Source: a virus (taxonomy: Duplodnaviria; Caudoviricetes). From it: a stretch of DNA of 63,269 nucleotides. Below are positions 1 through 9,177 of the stretch, one piece after another; the stretch's first letter is position 1, and each line of letters begins with the position of its first letter. The notes below the pieces were generated by a model that saw only the letters and a list, made by a program, of their open reading frames with translations, ran no database searches and was not told the DNA's origin. The position numbers and the translations under genes are program-made. The DNA lies in IMG/VR virus record IMGVR_UViG_3300042868_013427, positions 1 through 63,269 of that record. One strand, 5' to 3'.

Positions 1-132
1 AAGTATTCCTATGTGATAGAGGACGTCAGCATCGTCCTTGTCAATTGCGTTTGCTTCAAAGAGAAGAGGCAGTGCCTCTCTGTGTTTGCCTTCTTGCCTT
101 GCGGCAAGGGCAAATTCTACGTATTGGTTCAA
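1..132 (-). CDS. TPR-like protein, N-terminal part (runs off window; not in ORF track)
   Basis: Manual translation from TTG at 132: MNQYVEFALAARQEGKHREALPLLFEANAIDKDDADVLYHIGIL, which fits a TPR helix pattern; GAGGA lies upstream. Confidence 0.6.
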   Translation of the reverse strand, partial: MNQYVEFALAARQEGKHREALPLLFEANAIDKDDADVLYHIGIL

Positions 133-155
133 CTGTTGTTCCTCTGTATGCGTGG

Positions 156-422
156 TTAAATGCCGAGGCCGTATGGCTGGCGTGATACATCGTCGTCATT
201 CATCTTTGGATCAGGATGTGTGAACTTCCAGAAGCCCATGACCCTTCTTCCTGGCTTGTCACCGTTCTCAAGTGCTGTTGCAACCTTCATGAGTTGCTCC
301 TCTGTCATGTCATCGAGGTGCCTCTTTCCCGTTAGGTCATACGTCCACTGCATGAATTCCTTGTCTCCGTCCCAATTCACGCCCATTCTTTTTGCTATTC
401 TGTGTATGTTTTCAACGGTCAT
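156..422 (-). CDS. hypothetical protein
   Basis: 88-aa ORF overlapping the upstream gene, codon style like neighbours. Confidence 0.65.
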   Translation of the reverse strand: MTVENIHRIAKRMGVNWDGDKEFMQWTYDLTGKRHLDDMTEEQLMKVATALENGDKPGRRVMGFWKFTHPDPKMNDDDVSRQPYGLGI

Positions 423-789
423 TTGGTTCCTCCTTCTTTAGTTTGTTACATGCCTTCTCAATCGCGTCGGCTGCCTTCTTTATTGGCTGCCATTGCTGCT
501 TTGGTCCAATGTTGATCTGGTGTCCATCTACCGTCACGATGAAAGATGCATTGTTCTTTATTATCACATGGACCCTCTCCCATCCCTTGATGCCCTTCCA
601 TTTAAGTGGCTTTGGTCTGACGGAGAACTTTGCAATGACTGACCCCTCTTCCATGTTTGGCCTTGCCTTTGGATCAAGGTTTACGCCGGCAAGATGTGCA
701 AACTGTCTGGAAATTCCCATGATCTGTTCCATTCCATCATCGTCTGACTTCCTCCATTTGTTGAAGCTGTGTATGTTGTTGGCACCCAT
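412..789 (-). CDS. hypothetical protein, probably late-expressed
   Basis: 125-aa ORF with ATATATA motif 5 nt upstream of ATG. Confidence 0.65.
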   Translation of the reverse strand: MGANNIHSFNKWRKSDDDGMEQIMGISRQFAHLAGVNLDPKARPNMEEGSVIAKFSVRPKPLKWKGIKGWERVHVIIKNNASFIVTVDGHQINIGPKQQWQPIKKAADAIEKACNKLKKEEPNDR

Positions 790-807
790 GTGTCTATATA
801 TTACAGA

Positions 808-833
808 AAGAGGGTTCCATTAGGCACCCTCTT
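808..833 (-). terminator. probable intrinsic terminator hairpin
   Basis: AAGAGGGT...ACCCTCTT inverted repeat after the 858..1100 gene, immediately before an ATATATA motif; short U tail. Confidence 0.5.
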
Positions 834-857
834 CACAAATAATCTTTTTGGTGGAAT

Positions 858-1100
858 CTATTTAATGACGTTAACGCCTGGAAGCCCTACCCAAACCATT
901 CCGCTTGTGCTATCCTGGAGGAGATAGATCCTTCTTGTGGTGTCACCATTGATCACCATTGTTGTTGCGTATTCTGTTGATACGCTTATCCTGTGCTCTG
1001 TCTGGTTTGATTCTTCTGTCATAAGCATGTAACCGTTTATGCACAGGCCAAGAACACCTATGACTATGATTCCTATTGCTGCAGCCTTTTGTAGTAACAT
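858..1100 (-). CDS. small membrane-anchored hypothetical protein
   Basis: N-terminal hydrophobic helix AAAIGIIVIGVLGLCING. Confidence 0.6.
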   Translation of the reverse strand: MLLQKAAAIGIIVIGVLGLCINGYMLMTEESNQTEHRISVSTEYATTMVINGDTTRRIYLLQDSTSGMVWVGLPGVNVIK

Positions 1101-1118
1101 TTACACGTTTCCTTTCTC

Positions 1119-1826
1119 TTATTTTGTTGGTCCTAACCTGTCTGTACTTCCTACAGGAGAGGACAAATTGTTAAAATAGAAGTTGAATGACTCGGTGTCA
1201 ATGACGGACCTTATCCAGCTTAGATCATCATCGCTGTTTCTGTATCCGTTCCATTTGTCGTTGTGTCCTATGCCACCAAAAAACTTCCCTTCACCGTATC
1301 CTTTTATTCCAACAGATATCGGAGGTTCAACAAAAAACGTCTTGCCTTCCAGCTGCTTCCACATCTCAAGGTCAACAAACGAGTAGTCATCGCTTGGCCA
1401 CATCATCCTCGATATTGCCGCTGTGACGCCTGTTGAGAACGCAGATGCACGCTCCTCATGCCTCTGGTGGTAGAACTTCCTTAGTCCGAGGTGGTAGTAG
1501 TACGTCTCTCCTGTTCCAAATATCTCGGGCCTTCCTGCTTCGTTCCATGCCTTGTAGAACACCTCTATGTACCCGTTTGAGTACCAGTCATCATCCTCAA
1601 TTATGAGAATGAGCTCAACATCAGGATGTCGTTCAATGACCCTCTTAAACCCGTTCCTATACCTCCATGTTATGTCCTTAACATGGGGGTCAAGCGGGGG
1701 ATCATTCATGAGAACGACCTCAGCAGGTTGAAGCGTCTGCTGTGACAGCATCTCAAGACACCTCTTCAGCATCCTTGGCCTGTCGCCCCTTGTTGGAACT
1801 ATGCAGACTATGTAGGGATCTTTCAC
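1119..1826 (-). CDS. GT-A fold (family 2-like) glycosyltransferase
   Basis: CIVPTRGDR...RCLEML..QT N-terminal motif and IEDDDWY DxD motif; likely GTG start at 1826 rather than 1892. Confidence 0.8.
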   Translation of the reverse strand: MKDPYIVCIVPTRGDRPRMLKRCLEMLSQQTLQPAEVVLMNDPPLDPHVKDITWRYRNGFKRVIERHPDVELILIIEDDDWYSNGYIEVFYKAWNEAGRPEIFGTGETYYYHLGLRKFYHQRHEERASAFSTGVTAAISRMMWPSDDYSFVDLEMWKQLEGKTFFVEPPISVGIKGYGEGKFFGGIGHNDKWNGYRNSDDDLSWIRSVIDTESFNFYFNNLSSPVGSTDRLGPTK

Positions 1827-1913
1827 CTTCTCTTGATCTTTCTCTTTACATCTTTGGACACTGCAAAGTACACAATCCAAAGCACAATGCATATTATCAT
1901 CATATCGGTTAGA

Positions 1914-2129
1914 TCAATTCCTTTTGTCATGGAGGTTCCTCTTTGCATACATGAATGCTGAAAGGAAGACAATAAACACCAGGAGCATCGATATGAAGTA
2001 CAATGCCCCTGATGTGTTCTTCATTATTCCCATGAGAACAGTGAGAGCGACAAAGAAAAGGCCAAACGTCAAACTATGCTTGACGATGTTCAACATCGTT
2101 TCTAAAAATCCTTCGTTTCTCATAGTCAC
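1914..2129 (-). CDS. small two-TM membrane protein
   Basis: two hydrophobic helices; 4-nt overlap with upstream gene. Confidence 0.6.
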   Translation of the reverse strand: MTMRNEGFLETMLNIVKHSLTFGLFFVALTVLMGIMKNTSGALYFISMLLVFIVFLSAFMYAKRNLHDKRN

Positions 2130-2587
2130 TTTGTGTTTGCCAAAACATCAAGCTCGATCCACTTTTCTTCATAGTATATCGATCTTGACATGTTATAGAT
2201 GTATGGATGCATGTTCTTTGCCCTCTTGAGCGCACTGACCTTTGACTCTATTCCTCTTATCTTGTAGTAGTTAGGCTCCATGAAGTCCTGTTTGAAGAGC
2301 TCAGCTCTTATGTTGCTCATCTCTTCAACGTGCTTTCGCCAGTCCTTCATTGATCTTTTGAACCTCTTCGATTGGGCTTTTGGCAGCATCCTTGCGACCT
2401 CTGTCTCTTTTCTATTTAATTCTTCCTGCCAGATGTCAAACAGCATCTTCGATGCAATGTTAAGATCCGCCTGCGTCTTTGCACTATCGATCATTGTCTG
2501 GACAATCTTCATCCTGCTCCTGTCCATTGAGTAGGAGTTGAATGACGAAAGAGTGAGGAATAGCAGTGCTATCAGTGTTGTTCTCAT
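2126..2587 (-). CDS. secreted LprI/DUF1311-like helical protein
   Basis: signal peptide, then A-TQ-DLN...ELN...L...F..S...W pattern typical of the LprI family (usual cysteines absent). Confidence 0.55.
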   Translation of the reverse strand: MRTTLIALLFLTLSSFNSYSMDRSRMKIVQTMIDSAKTQADLNIASKMLFDIWQEELNRKETEVARMLPKAQSKRFKRSMKDWRKHVEEMSNIRAELFKQDFMEPNYYKIRGIESKVSALKRAKNMHPYIYNMSRSIYYEEKWIELDVLANTK

Positions 2588-2593
2588 GTTGTG

Positions 2594-2875
2594 TTATTTT
2601 GGGTTCTGCATTATTGTGCTCACCATGTTGTAGATGATGGCAATGAATGGTATTGATACCAGGGTTGCAATGAACAGCGTCTTGAACATCGCCTTCTTTG
2701 CATTTAGTTCGTTTATTCGATTCCACGTTGAAAGAGAGTTTGCCATCTCTTCACGGGTTATTTCCTTTCCGTATGAAGCGTATGAACCCGGCGTCGCGAT
2801 GTACACTGAGTGCACCCCTTCGCGGGACGGATTTCGAGACCAATCGAATCGCTGTGTTGTTTTTTCCCTCTTCAT
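2594..2875 (-). CDS. hypothetical protein with C-terminal TM helix
   Basis: 93-aa ORF, hydrophobic segment TLFIATLVSIPFIAIIY. Confidence 0.55.
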   Translation of the reverse strand: MKREKTTQRFDWSRNPSREGVHSVYIATPGSYASYGKEITREEMANSLSTWNRINELNAKKAMFKTLFIATLVSIPFIAIIYNMVSTIMQNPK

Positions 2876-2919
2876 ATGAGGAATCTCCTTGGTATGGATG
2901 AAAGGTTTATGCTACAAAT

Positions 2920-3882
2920 CTAATATATCTTCTCTGAAACAGAAAACTTTTTTTGGCCAATGTTTTCTTTTACCCAGTCCTCTATGTTCTTTGTTGGCTT
3001 CCAACCTATTGATTTGATCTTTGTGTTGTCTGCCAGGGTCTCCTTTGCTTCTCCTGGCCTGCTAGGAACAAACTCTATGTCCTCGCTTATTCCTCTTGCA
3101 AGCTCTACAACAGAGACATTCTCCCCTGTTCCTACATTGAAGATCTCTCCTCCTACTTCATAGTTGGACATTGCAGCAATGTAGTTTGCCTCTACGATGT
3201 CTCCGACCCAGGTGAAGTCCCTTCTTTGGGATCCATCTCCAACAACCGTCAGTGCCTCTCCATTCTCATGCTGCCTAAGGAACTTTCCAACGACAGGAGC
3301 ATACGTTCCTTTTATTGGCTGCCTCTCACCAAAGACGTTGAAGTAGCGAAGTATGACAGCATCAACGCTCCAAAGACTGTGGTACATCTTGCAGAAGTCT
3401 TCGGCTGATGCCTTGCTTATTGAGTATGGGTTCAGCGGGTTTCTCACAGCAGTCTCGAGAAGTGGCATCGCGTGTCCGTTTCCATAGACAGAAGACGTCG
3501 AAGAATGGACCATCCTTCTTATGTTCAGCCTTCTGCATGCCTCAAGAACGTTCACCGTTCCTGTGGTGTTTGCATCGATTGCCATCTTTGGGTTCCTTAT
3601 CATCGGCTGTATCCTTGCCTCTGCAGCAAAGTGGAACACAGCATCGATCACACCGTTGTCTGTTGAAAACACCATTTCAAATATCTGGAACAGCTTGTCA
3701 AAGTCTGTGACATCGACCGAATGGTAGTATGTCGCATTTGGTGATTCATTCTTATAGAAGAACTCATTAGACCTTGCAGAGAGGTTGTCTATGACAAAGA
3801 CCTTGTGTCCTAGCGATATTAGCTTGTCCACCATGTGTGAACCTATGAAGCCACACCCTCCTGTGACTATGTATGTTTTCAT
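2920..3882 (-). CDS. NAD-dependent NDP-sugar epimerase/dehydratase (extended SDR)
   Basis: TGGCGFIGSH Rossmann motif, FHFAA, SSTSSVYG, YSISK catalytic motif, LRYFNVFG, RDFTWV. Confidence 0.93.
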   Translation of the reverse strand: MKTYIVTGGCGFIGSHMVDKLISLGHKVFVIDNLSARSNEFFYKNESPNATYYHSVDVTDFDKLFQIFEMVFSTDNGVIDAVFHFAAEARIQPMIRNPKMAIDANTTGTVNVLEACRRLNIRRMVHSSTSSVYGNGHAMPLLETAVRNPLNPYSISKASAEDFCKMYHSLWSVDAVILRYFNVFGERQPIKGTYAPVVGKFLRQHENGEALTVVGDGSQRRDFTWVGDIVEANYIAAMSNYEVGGEIFNVGTGENVSVVELARGISEDIEFVPSRPGEAKETLADNTKIKSIGWKPTKNIEDWVKENIGQKKFSVSEKIY

Positions 3883-4760
3883 TGCTGTTCATTTTTTGGC
3901 CAGTCCCTGTAGGACTTGACGCTATCGTATATTGTTTCATCCTTGAGGACCGGATCGGTTCCAACGTTCCACATGAGGATGTTCCTTCCTGTGTTCTTTG
4001 GAATGTACTTCCAGACCTTTGCATCGTATGTTGGCACCGTTGGAAAGGGAGGAAGGTTCTCCTTCTTCTCAGGCGTCTGAAACTCCATCGGCTCTGATAT
4101 GACAGATGCACGTCCAAGCTCGCCTTCCTTCAGGTTTCTTGCAACGGCGACACAGTTGAACTTTGCGTTTGGCCATGCTATCTGAAGAGCCCTTGAGAGA
4201 ACGCCGGTTGATATTGCAACCCAGACCTCCTCAGGCTCGGGTATCATTGATGCTGCATGAACTATCCCTGCTGTTGCAAGCTCATGCTTCAGTCCGAGAG
4301 GAATGAATGCATGCTTGTTCTTCATCGCCCATTCCTTTGCCTTTAGGTTCAGGTTTGGCATTGCAGCGATCCTCTCAAAGATTGGTTCGCATCCTTGCTC
4401 TATGCAACAAGCCTGGTGCTGTGATATCTTCTTTGCTGCAGGCATGAAGAGGACGACCTTCTTGTTGCGGTGCTTTGCAACGTCCATGAGCGATACTCCT
4501 GCAAGACCTGTCCTAGGCTGACAGTAGACAAGCGTCTCTGACTCCAGCTTTGATGCTAGCAAATCTCCTGCCCTGGTCTTTGTGCCAACTATGAGATCAT
4601 CTCTGAGAACCCTAACGCCCTCATGCTCAATGACAACAGGATCAGGATTGTACGGCGTCCAGCCATCACACAGGGAAAGGTAGTAATCCTTTGCTGCTTC
4701 AGGAGACATCAGACCGATGTCTTTGTTCTTTCCATCAAGAACGTGTACGTTGTGTGGCAT
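3879..4760 (-). CDS. PLP-dependent enzyme, fold type II (ACC deaminase/D-cysteine desulfhydrase-like); candidate DNA-modification decarboxylase
   Basis: RDDLIVGTKTR (Schiff-base Lys region), VAISTG phosphate loop, PTYDAK. Confidence 0.75.
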   Translation of the reverse strand: MPHNVHVLDGKNKDIGLMSPEAAKDYYLSLCDGWTPYNPDPVVIEHEGVRVLRDDLIVGTKTRAGDLLASKLESETLVYCQPRTGLAGVSLMDVAKHRNKKVVLFMPAAKKISQHQACCIEQGCEPIFERIAAMPNLNLKAKEWAMKNKHAFIPLGLKHELATAGIVHAASMIPEPEEVWVAISTGVLSRALQIAWPNAKFNCVAVARNLKEGELGRASVISEPMEFQTPEKKENLPPFPTVPTYDAKVWKYIPKNTGRNILMWNVGTDPVLKDETIYDSVKSYRDWPKNEQQ

Positions 4761-4878
4761 CAGACAATCAGATTATTGGTGTAAATTACTTGATATTCTA
4801 TCAGAATTTGCCTAATTTGTTACTAGAGAGAACACTCATTATTTTCAATACTAGTAATTAAAAGCATTTCCTGGGCAT

Positions 4879-4887
4879 GATATATAG
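4879..4887 (+). promoter_or_regulatory. putative late promoter GATATATAG
   Basis: recurrent motif, 20 nt upstream of the fibre gene at 4908. Confidence 0.6.
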
Positions 4888-4907
4888 TTCAGAAAAAAAT
4901 CCAACCA

Positions 4908-6800
4908 ATGGCAAAGATAGATTCCCTCTATAAGTCTTCATTGTTGTTTAACGAAACGATACCAACAACGGAAACTTTCAATTCAGCGTTCAACTATTCC
5001 ATAGCAGAGAACCTGTATGGAAGCGACATACTGCTCTACACTGGGCAGATACCTGGAACAAATCCTCTTGCTTCTTCTGGAGATGGAGATAAGTATGCAG
5101 TAAATGGCGTAGACATAATAGAAAAGATTGAAGGGCAGGTCCTCTCAACAGTTGAAGATAGCTACTATGCATTCACAGATTCAAGGATGACCTATGTCAT
5201 ACCAAATGGGTTAAACTACCCAATAACACTGTTTTCGAAGGATGCTGCTGGAGACTATACAGTAGTTATACCAGCAAACTTCTACGATGTTTTTTACTAT
5301 CAATCAACTGGAACATACGTCATATACTTCAATGAGAAGTATTTTCCAATATACAATAATGGAGATCTGGACAACCCGGCGTATCCTCCTGCAATCACGT
5401 GCTACAGGTACTGTGGTCCAAAGGGGATAGAGAACATGCCAGCAGGAACAGATGAAAAGGCCAAGGTGTCATCCAATGACACAACTGCAGGGTATCTGAA
5501 TGGCAAGCTGGTTGCAGGGTCCAACATTACGCTTACAGAGAATAACAATGGTGGCAATGAGACGCTGACGATCAGCGCTGATGGTGGCGGTGGAGGACTA
5601 ACTGGATTTACTGGATCGCAGAACTCTACTGGCGTAAACATAACTGTTAATGCTTCACAGTTACTTGCAGATGCTGCGTCTGCTAATGCTGATATTGTCT
5701 TATCTCCTAAAGGCACTGGTGCAATTTTAGCTCAACTTCCTGATGGAACTACAACAGGCGGAAACAAAAGAGGTGATTATTCGGTAGATTTACAAAGATC
5801 TAGATCATCAAATCAATCAGTTGCATCGGCATTTTATAGCTTAATTGGAAACGGCCAAAACAACAGGATTACGGCAGATTCTGATAGATCTTCAATTCTA
5901 AATGGAACAGGTAACATAATTACTGCTTCAAACGACTCAGTTATTTCTGGTGGATCTACCAATAAAATTACTAAACAAGGATCAAATGTATCAAGGTACA
6001 ATACAATAGCAGGTGGACAGCAAAATGAAATTATACAGGTATTAAATAGCACACAAAATTCTACAATATCTGGAGGTACCGGCAATTACATAGAAGATTC
6101 TAATGGTGCAACTATTTCTGGGGGCAGCGGCAATTATATTGAGAGCGGCGGGCCTGCTTCAACCATTTCAGGTGGTGGTGGAAATTTAATTGGAGACTAT
6201 GATGGTTTACTTTCAGATGGTTATGCTACAATTGTAGGAGGGAATAATAACATAGCTACTGGTGCTTTTTCCGTCGTTCTTGGAGGAAACCAGGCATATG
6301 CATACAATAAATTCACAGTAGTATCAGGTTGGTATTGCCAGGCTACCCAATTTGGTCAACGCGTCCATGGAACAGGAGGATTTACTACAAATGGTGATTG
6401 CCAATATGAAACAATGGATGTTCTTGGCACTACCACCAGTGGAAGCCCAGTAGTTTTGACAGCAAATAGACTTACTGCTGCAAGTGGGAATGTCATGAAA
6501 GTAGACAATAATACATCTAAAGCATTCCAAGGCTTAATTTTAGCACGTAGAACAGATGCTGGAGGAGCGGGTCAAACAATTGCATGGAAAGTTGATGGTC
6601 TTATTGTAAACAATGGCGGGACAACATCGTTGCTTGGTACACCAACAATAACTCTTCTTGGAGACAGTACTACTTCTGGCGCAACTGTTACTGTTACAGC
6701 AGATGATACTTTGGACTGTTTGGCTATAACAGGAACAGGAGGGGTAGGAAAAACGTTTAGGTGGCATGCAACTATTAGCTTTACAACGCTCTCCAACTAA
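4908..6800 (+). CDS. fibre/spike protein (fibre family member 1): shared N-terminal domain plus GGxxN beta-roll repeats
   Basis: N-terminal ~175 aa align by eye with the genes at 27060, 57585 and 61622; ISGGxxNxI repeats; Gly/Thr/Ser-rich. Confidence 0.75.
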   Translation: MAKIDSLYKSSLLFNETIPTTETFNSAFNYSIAENLYGSDILLYTGQIPGTNPLASSGDGDKYAVNGVDIIEKIEGQVLSTVEDSYYAFTDSRMTYVIPNGLNYPITLFSKDAAGDYTVVIPANFYDVFYYQSTGTYVIYFNEKYFPIYNNGDLDNPAYPPAITCYRYCGPKGIENMPAGTDEKAKVSSNDTTAGYLNGKLVAGSNITLTENNNGGNETLTISADGGGGGLTGFTGSQNSTGVNITVNASQLLADAASANADIVLSPKGTGAILAQLPDGTTTGGNKRGDYSVDLQRSRSSNQSVASAFYSLIGNGQNNRITADSDRSSILNGTGNIITASNDSVISGGSTNKITKQGSNVSRYNTIAGGQQNEIIQVLNSTQNSTISGGTGNYIEDSNGATISGGSGNYIESGGPASTISGGGGNLIGDYDGLLSDGYATIVGGNNNIATGAFSVVLGGNQAYAYNKFTVVSGWYCQATQFGQRVHGTGGFTTNGDCQYETMDVLGTTTSGSPVVLTANRLTAASGNVMKVDNNTSKAFQGLILARRTDAGGAGQTIAWKVDGLIVNNGGTTSLLGTPTITLLGDSTTSGATVTVTADDTLDCLAITGTGGVGKTFRWHATISFTTLSN

Positions 6801-6852
6801 TTATAGCCACATTTAAATTGTGGTTAATTAAAAAATAAATTATAATATACAC

Positions 6853-7104
6853 ATGAATACGCAAATACAACAACCAATACAGCCTACAAATATTGTAAAG
6901 CCTGCAATAAAAGCACAACTCAAATCAGTTGATGTCAGATTTGGCCCAGGTGAAGAATATGCAACAATTAGCATTTTACTTTTAAATGAGGATGATAGAC
7001 ATGTCATAACAAGAATGGTTCAAATGACGGTTGAAGAATCTGAGCAATGGGGAACTGATGATTCATATTTACTTCAGTTTGCAATTGATAAGCTTGGGCT
7101 TTAA
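6853..7104 (+). CDS. small fibre-associated protein (possible chaperone)
   Basis: 83-aa ORF directly after the fibre gene, ending WGTDDSYLLQFAIDKLGL. Confidence 0.6.
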   Translation: MNTQIQQPIQPTNIVKPAIKAQLKSVDVRFGPGEEYATISILLLNEDDRHVITRMVQMTVEESEQWGTDDSYLLQFAIDKLGL

Positions 7105-7130
7105 TTACTACAATACATTGTATTTAATAT

Positions 7131-7154
7131 AAGGAGGCACAGCCTCCTTTTTTT
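7131..7154 (+). terminator. intrinsic terminator
   Basis: AAGGAGGC-ACA-GCCTCCTT followed by a T run, between convergent genes. Confidence 0.85.
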
Positions 7155-7210
7155 AAAAGGAAACGAACACATTTATTAAAATTCCAGTTGAATAACAATA
7201 TAGTCTAACA

Positions 7211-8371
7211 TTAAGATGTATAATGCAGAGCGGCAATCTTCCTGTACTCATCAGGGCTGATTCCGCTCTGTTTTATTATAGCATCGTCACTTGGGTGTGC
7301 CTTCATTCCATTGAACGTTTCAATCAGCCCAAGATCCAACATCGCCTTCTGCCTTCCAAACGGGTGGTTCTTTATCCTGCACGATGACCATATTGCATCG
7401 AGGTCAAGATGGTTGTAGTCTGCGCCTGGTCTGATGTAGTTCTCTACCCAACGTATGAAGTCACATGCAACATCCTCTGCGTTGTAAGGAAACGCTCCTG
7501 TGTCCTCGTAGATCTTCACCATGACCTCATCGAGGAACTGGTCCTTGTTCATCTTCTTTGTTGGCTTTGCAAGGTAAGAGATGCACTCAACTGCGTTTGT
7601 TCCGTAGTAGAACATTGATTCACGGTTCACGTACTGTGGGTACCAGTCTGCAATGTCTGCAACGAATGCAGCATACTGGAACTTGTATGCCCTCAGATCG
7701 TTCCTTCTGTTCCACTCAAACATCCACTCGCCCATCTCACGAAGGTCACGCTTTCCTCCAGACTCGAGCCATTCGGACATCTCTCTCGCAAGCCTTGGTG
7801 CGTACTCAGAGAGGTAGTAGTCTCCTCCTCTCTTGTACTGTTTACCAACAGGAACCTTTGGAAAGCTTGGAAACTGGTACCCTATCGATGTGTAGAACGG
7901 ATTAGGATGCCTGTTGACCATGCCAACCATCTCCTCTATCGTCTTTGCTTCGTGCAGGTAGAAGAGGAGCGTGTTATGGTAGCCTGAAGGCTTTGTTCCG
8001 TAGTTGATGGCTGATCCTGTCACCCGATGAAGCAGGAAGACGTACAGCCACTCAGGAAGAGAGAAGTCGTCGTGCTTCCCTGTCCAGTCCTTTGAGACCT
8101 GCTTCCTCTGCTTTGTGATGTTACCCTGCTGCATCTTTTCCCAGTAGGGATGTTCCTCTGTCCATCCATAGAACACGTCGTTCACTATCTGGGAGAATCC
8201 TGCATACTTCCTCTCAACGACATCATAGAGCTCAACGTTCTCCAGAAGGTCGTCTTCCATGTTGCTTTGAATGTGGGGTATGCTTCCGAGGTTGCTCTTT
8301 ACCTGTTGGTCGGACGCAAGCTTGAAGTACCTGATGTATTCATCGTAGTACTCGGTAGGTTCAATGTTCAT
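7211..8371 (-). CDS. putative amino acid:DNA transferase (aGPT-Pplase-like, HhH-glycosylase fold)
   Basis: FQYAAFVADI, YYGTNA and AEDVACDFIRW resemble the F.....D, G.GA and E..LCE..KY motifs of aGPT-Pplase1 proteins; near a PLP enzyme. Confidence 0.55.
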   Translation of the reverse strand: MNIEPTEYYDEYIRYFKLASDQQVKSNLGSIPHIQSNMEDDLLENVELYDVVERKYAGFSQIVNDVFYGWTEEHPYWEKMQQGNITKQRKQVSKDWTGKHDDFSLPEWLYVFLLHRVTGSAINYGTKPSGYHNTLLFYLHEAKTIEEMVGMVNRHPNPFYTSIGYQFPSFPKVPVGKQYKRGGDYYLSEYAPRLAREMSEWLESGGKRDLREMGEWMFEWNRRNDLRAYKFQYAAFVADIADWYPQYVNRESMFYYGTNAVECISYLAKPTKKMNKDQFLDEVMVKIYEDTGAFPYNAEDVACDFIRWVENYIRPGADYNHLDLDAIWSSCRIKNHPFGRQKAMLDLGLIETFNGMKAHPSDDAIIKQSGISPDEYRKIAALHYTS

Positions 8372-8377
8372 TGGCTG

Positions 8378-8617
8378 TTATATGCCCTTACTTTTCTTTG
8401 GTTTACTGTTCAATAGGTATGCTACCACGCAATAGATTAAGGTGAGCACCCCTGATGATACAACAGACTTTATTGGCGATCCTGCATGGTACAAATAGAC
8501 TGTTGCTAAAATCTGCATCAGTATTGCAACGATCGATGGGAGGAGAGGATCTATCCTCTTCTTGTTTCTTTCTACCAGCTCAGGATCACCGGCACTGCTG
8601 ATCTTTTTGAGTTCCAT
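8378..8617 (-). CDS. small two-TM membrane protein
   Basis: two hydrophobic segments and a basic tail. Confidence 0.55.
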   Translation of the reverse strand: MELKKISSAGDPELVERNKKRIDPLLPSIVAILMQILATVYLYHAGSPIKSVVSSGVLTLIYCVVAYLLNSKPKKSKGI

Positions 8618-9177
8618 AACGACTTCCCGTTCTCAATGAACATTGTTGAACTTCCTCCGTCTACATTTATTGCAAAGACGGCACCATTGTCTGCAAATCT
8701 TTTGGCAAAGTCCTGCATGGTTGCACTCGTCGTGACAATAACCATCAGCTTGCCATCCTTTGTTATTCCAACACCTGTCCTTGGGCATCTCCTCTTTGTA
8801 AAGAAGGACCTCCTCTGCCTCAGTTCGATTCCTCCTCTGACAAGGACGTTGCTGCCCGCAAATCCAGTTTGCAAAGGACCTTCCTTGTATTCACCAAGGT
8901 ATGGACTTATGGACAGAACAGGCCATGAAGGCTTTCCAAATCCATTGTTGATGCCATCCACGTGAAGCTTTCCGATCGGGCCTCTGCTCCCCCAGAACGA
9001 TAGGTTGACAAAGTTCTTGTGGCCTCTAAGCTTCCAGGTCTCTATCTCAACGACCTTCTTGGTGTGGCTGATTGCTATGCTAACCGAGTCTGGGCTTAGG
9101 ATCCTTATCCACTCCTCTGCTGAAGATTGGGCTGTAAGAAGGACGAGACAAAGAACCAGTTGGATTATTGACTTCAT
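8572..9177 (-). CDS. phosphodiester glycosidase (NAGPA/DUF2233-like), secreted
   Basis: signal peptide; PRTGVGITKDGKL and AINVDGGSS hallmark motifs. Confidence 0.8.
   Translation of the reverse strand: MKSIIQLVLCLVLLTAQSSAEEWIRILSPDSVSIAISHTKKVVEIETWKLRGHKNFVNLSFWGSRGPIGKLHVDGINNGFGKPSWPVLSISPYLGEYKEGPLQTGFAGSNVLVRGGIELRQRRSFFTKRRCPRTGVGITKDGKLMVIVTTSATMQDFAKRFADNGAVFAINVDGGSSTMFIENGKSLWNSKRSAVPVILSW

Noticed and set aside
1861-1872. Second Bacteroidota-type -7 element (TGTACTTTGCAG on the minus strand)
   Set aside because: One base short of TAnnTTTG, with no properly spaced -33 element; too weak to call.
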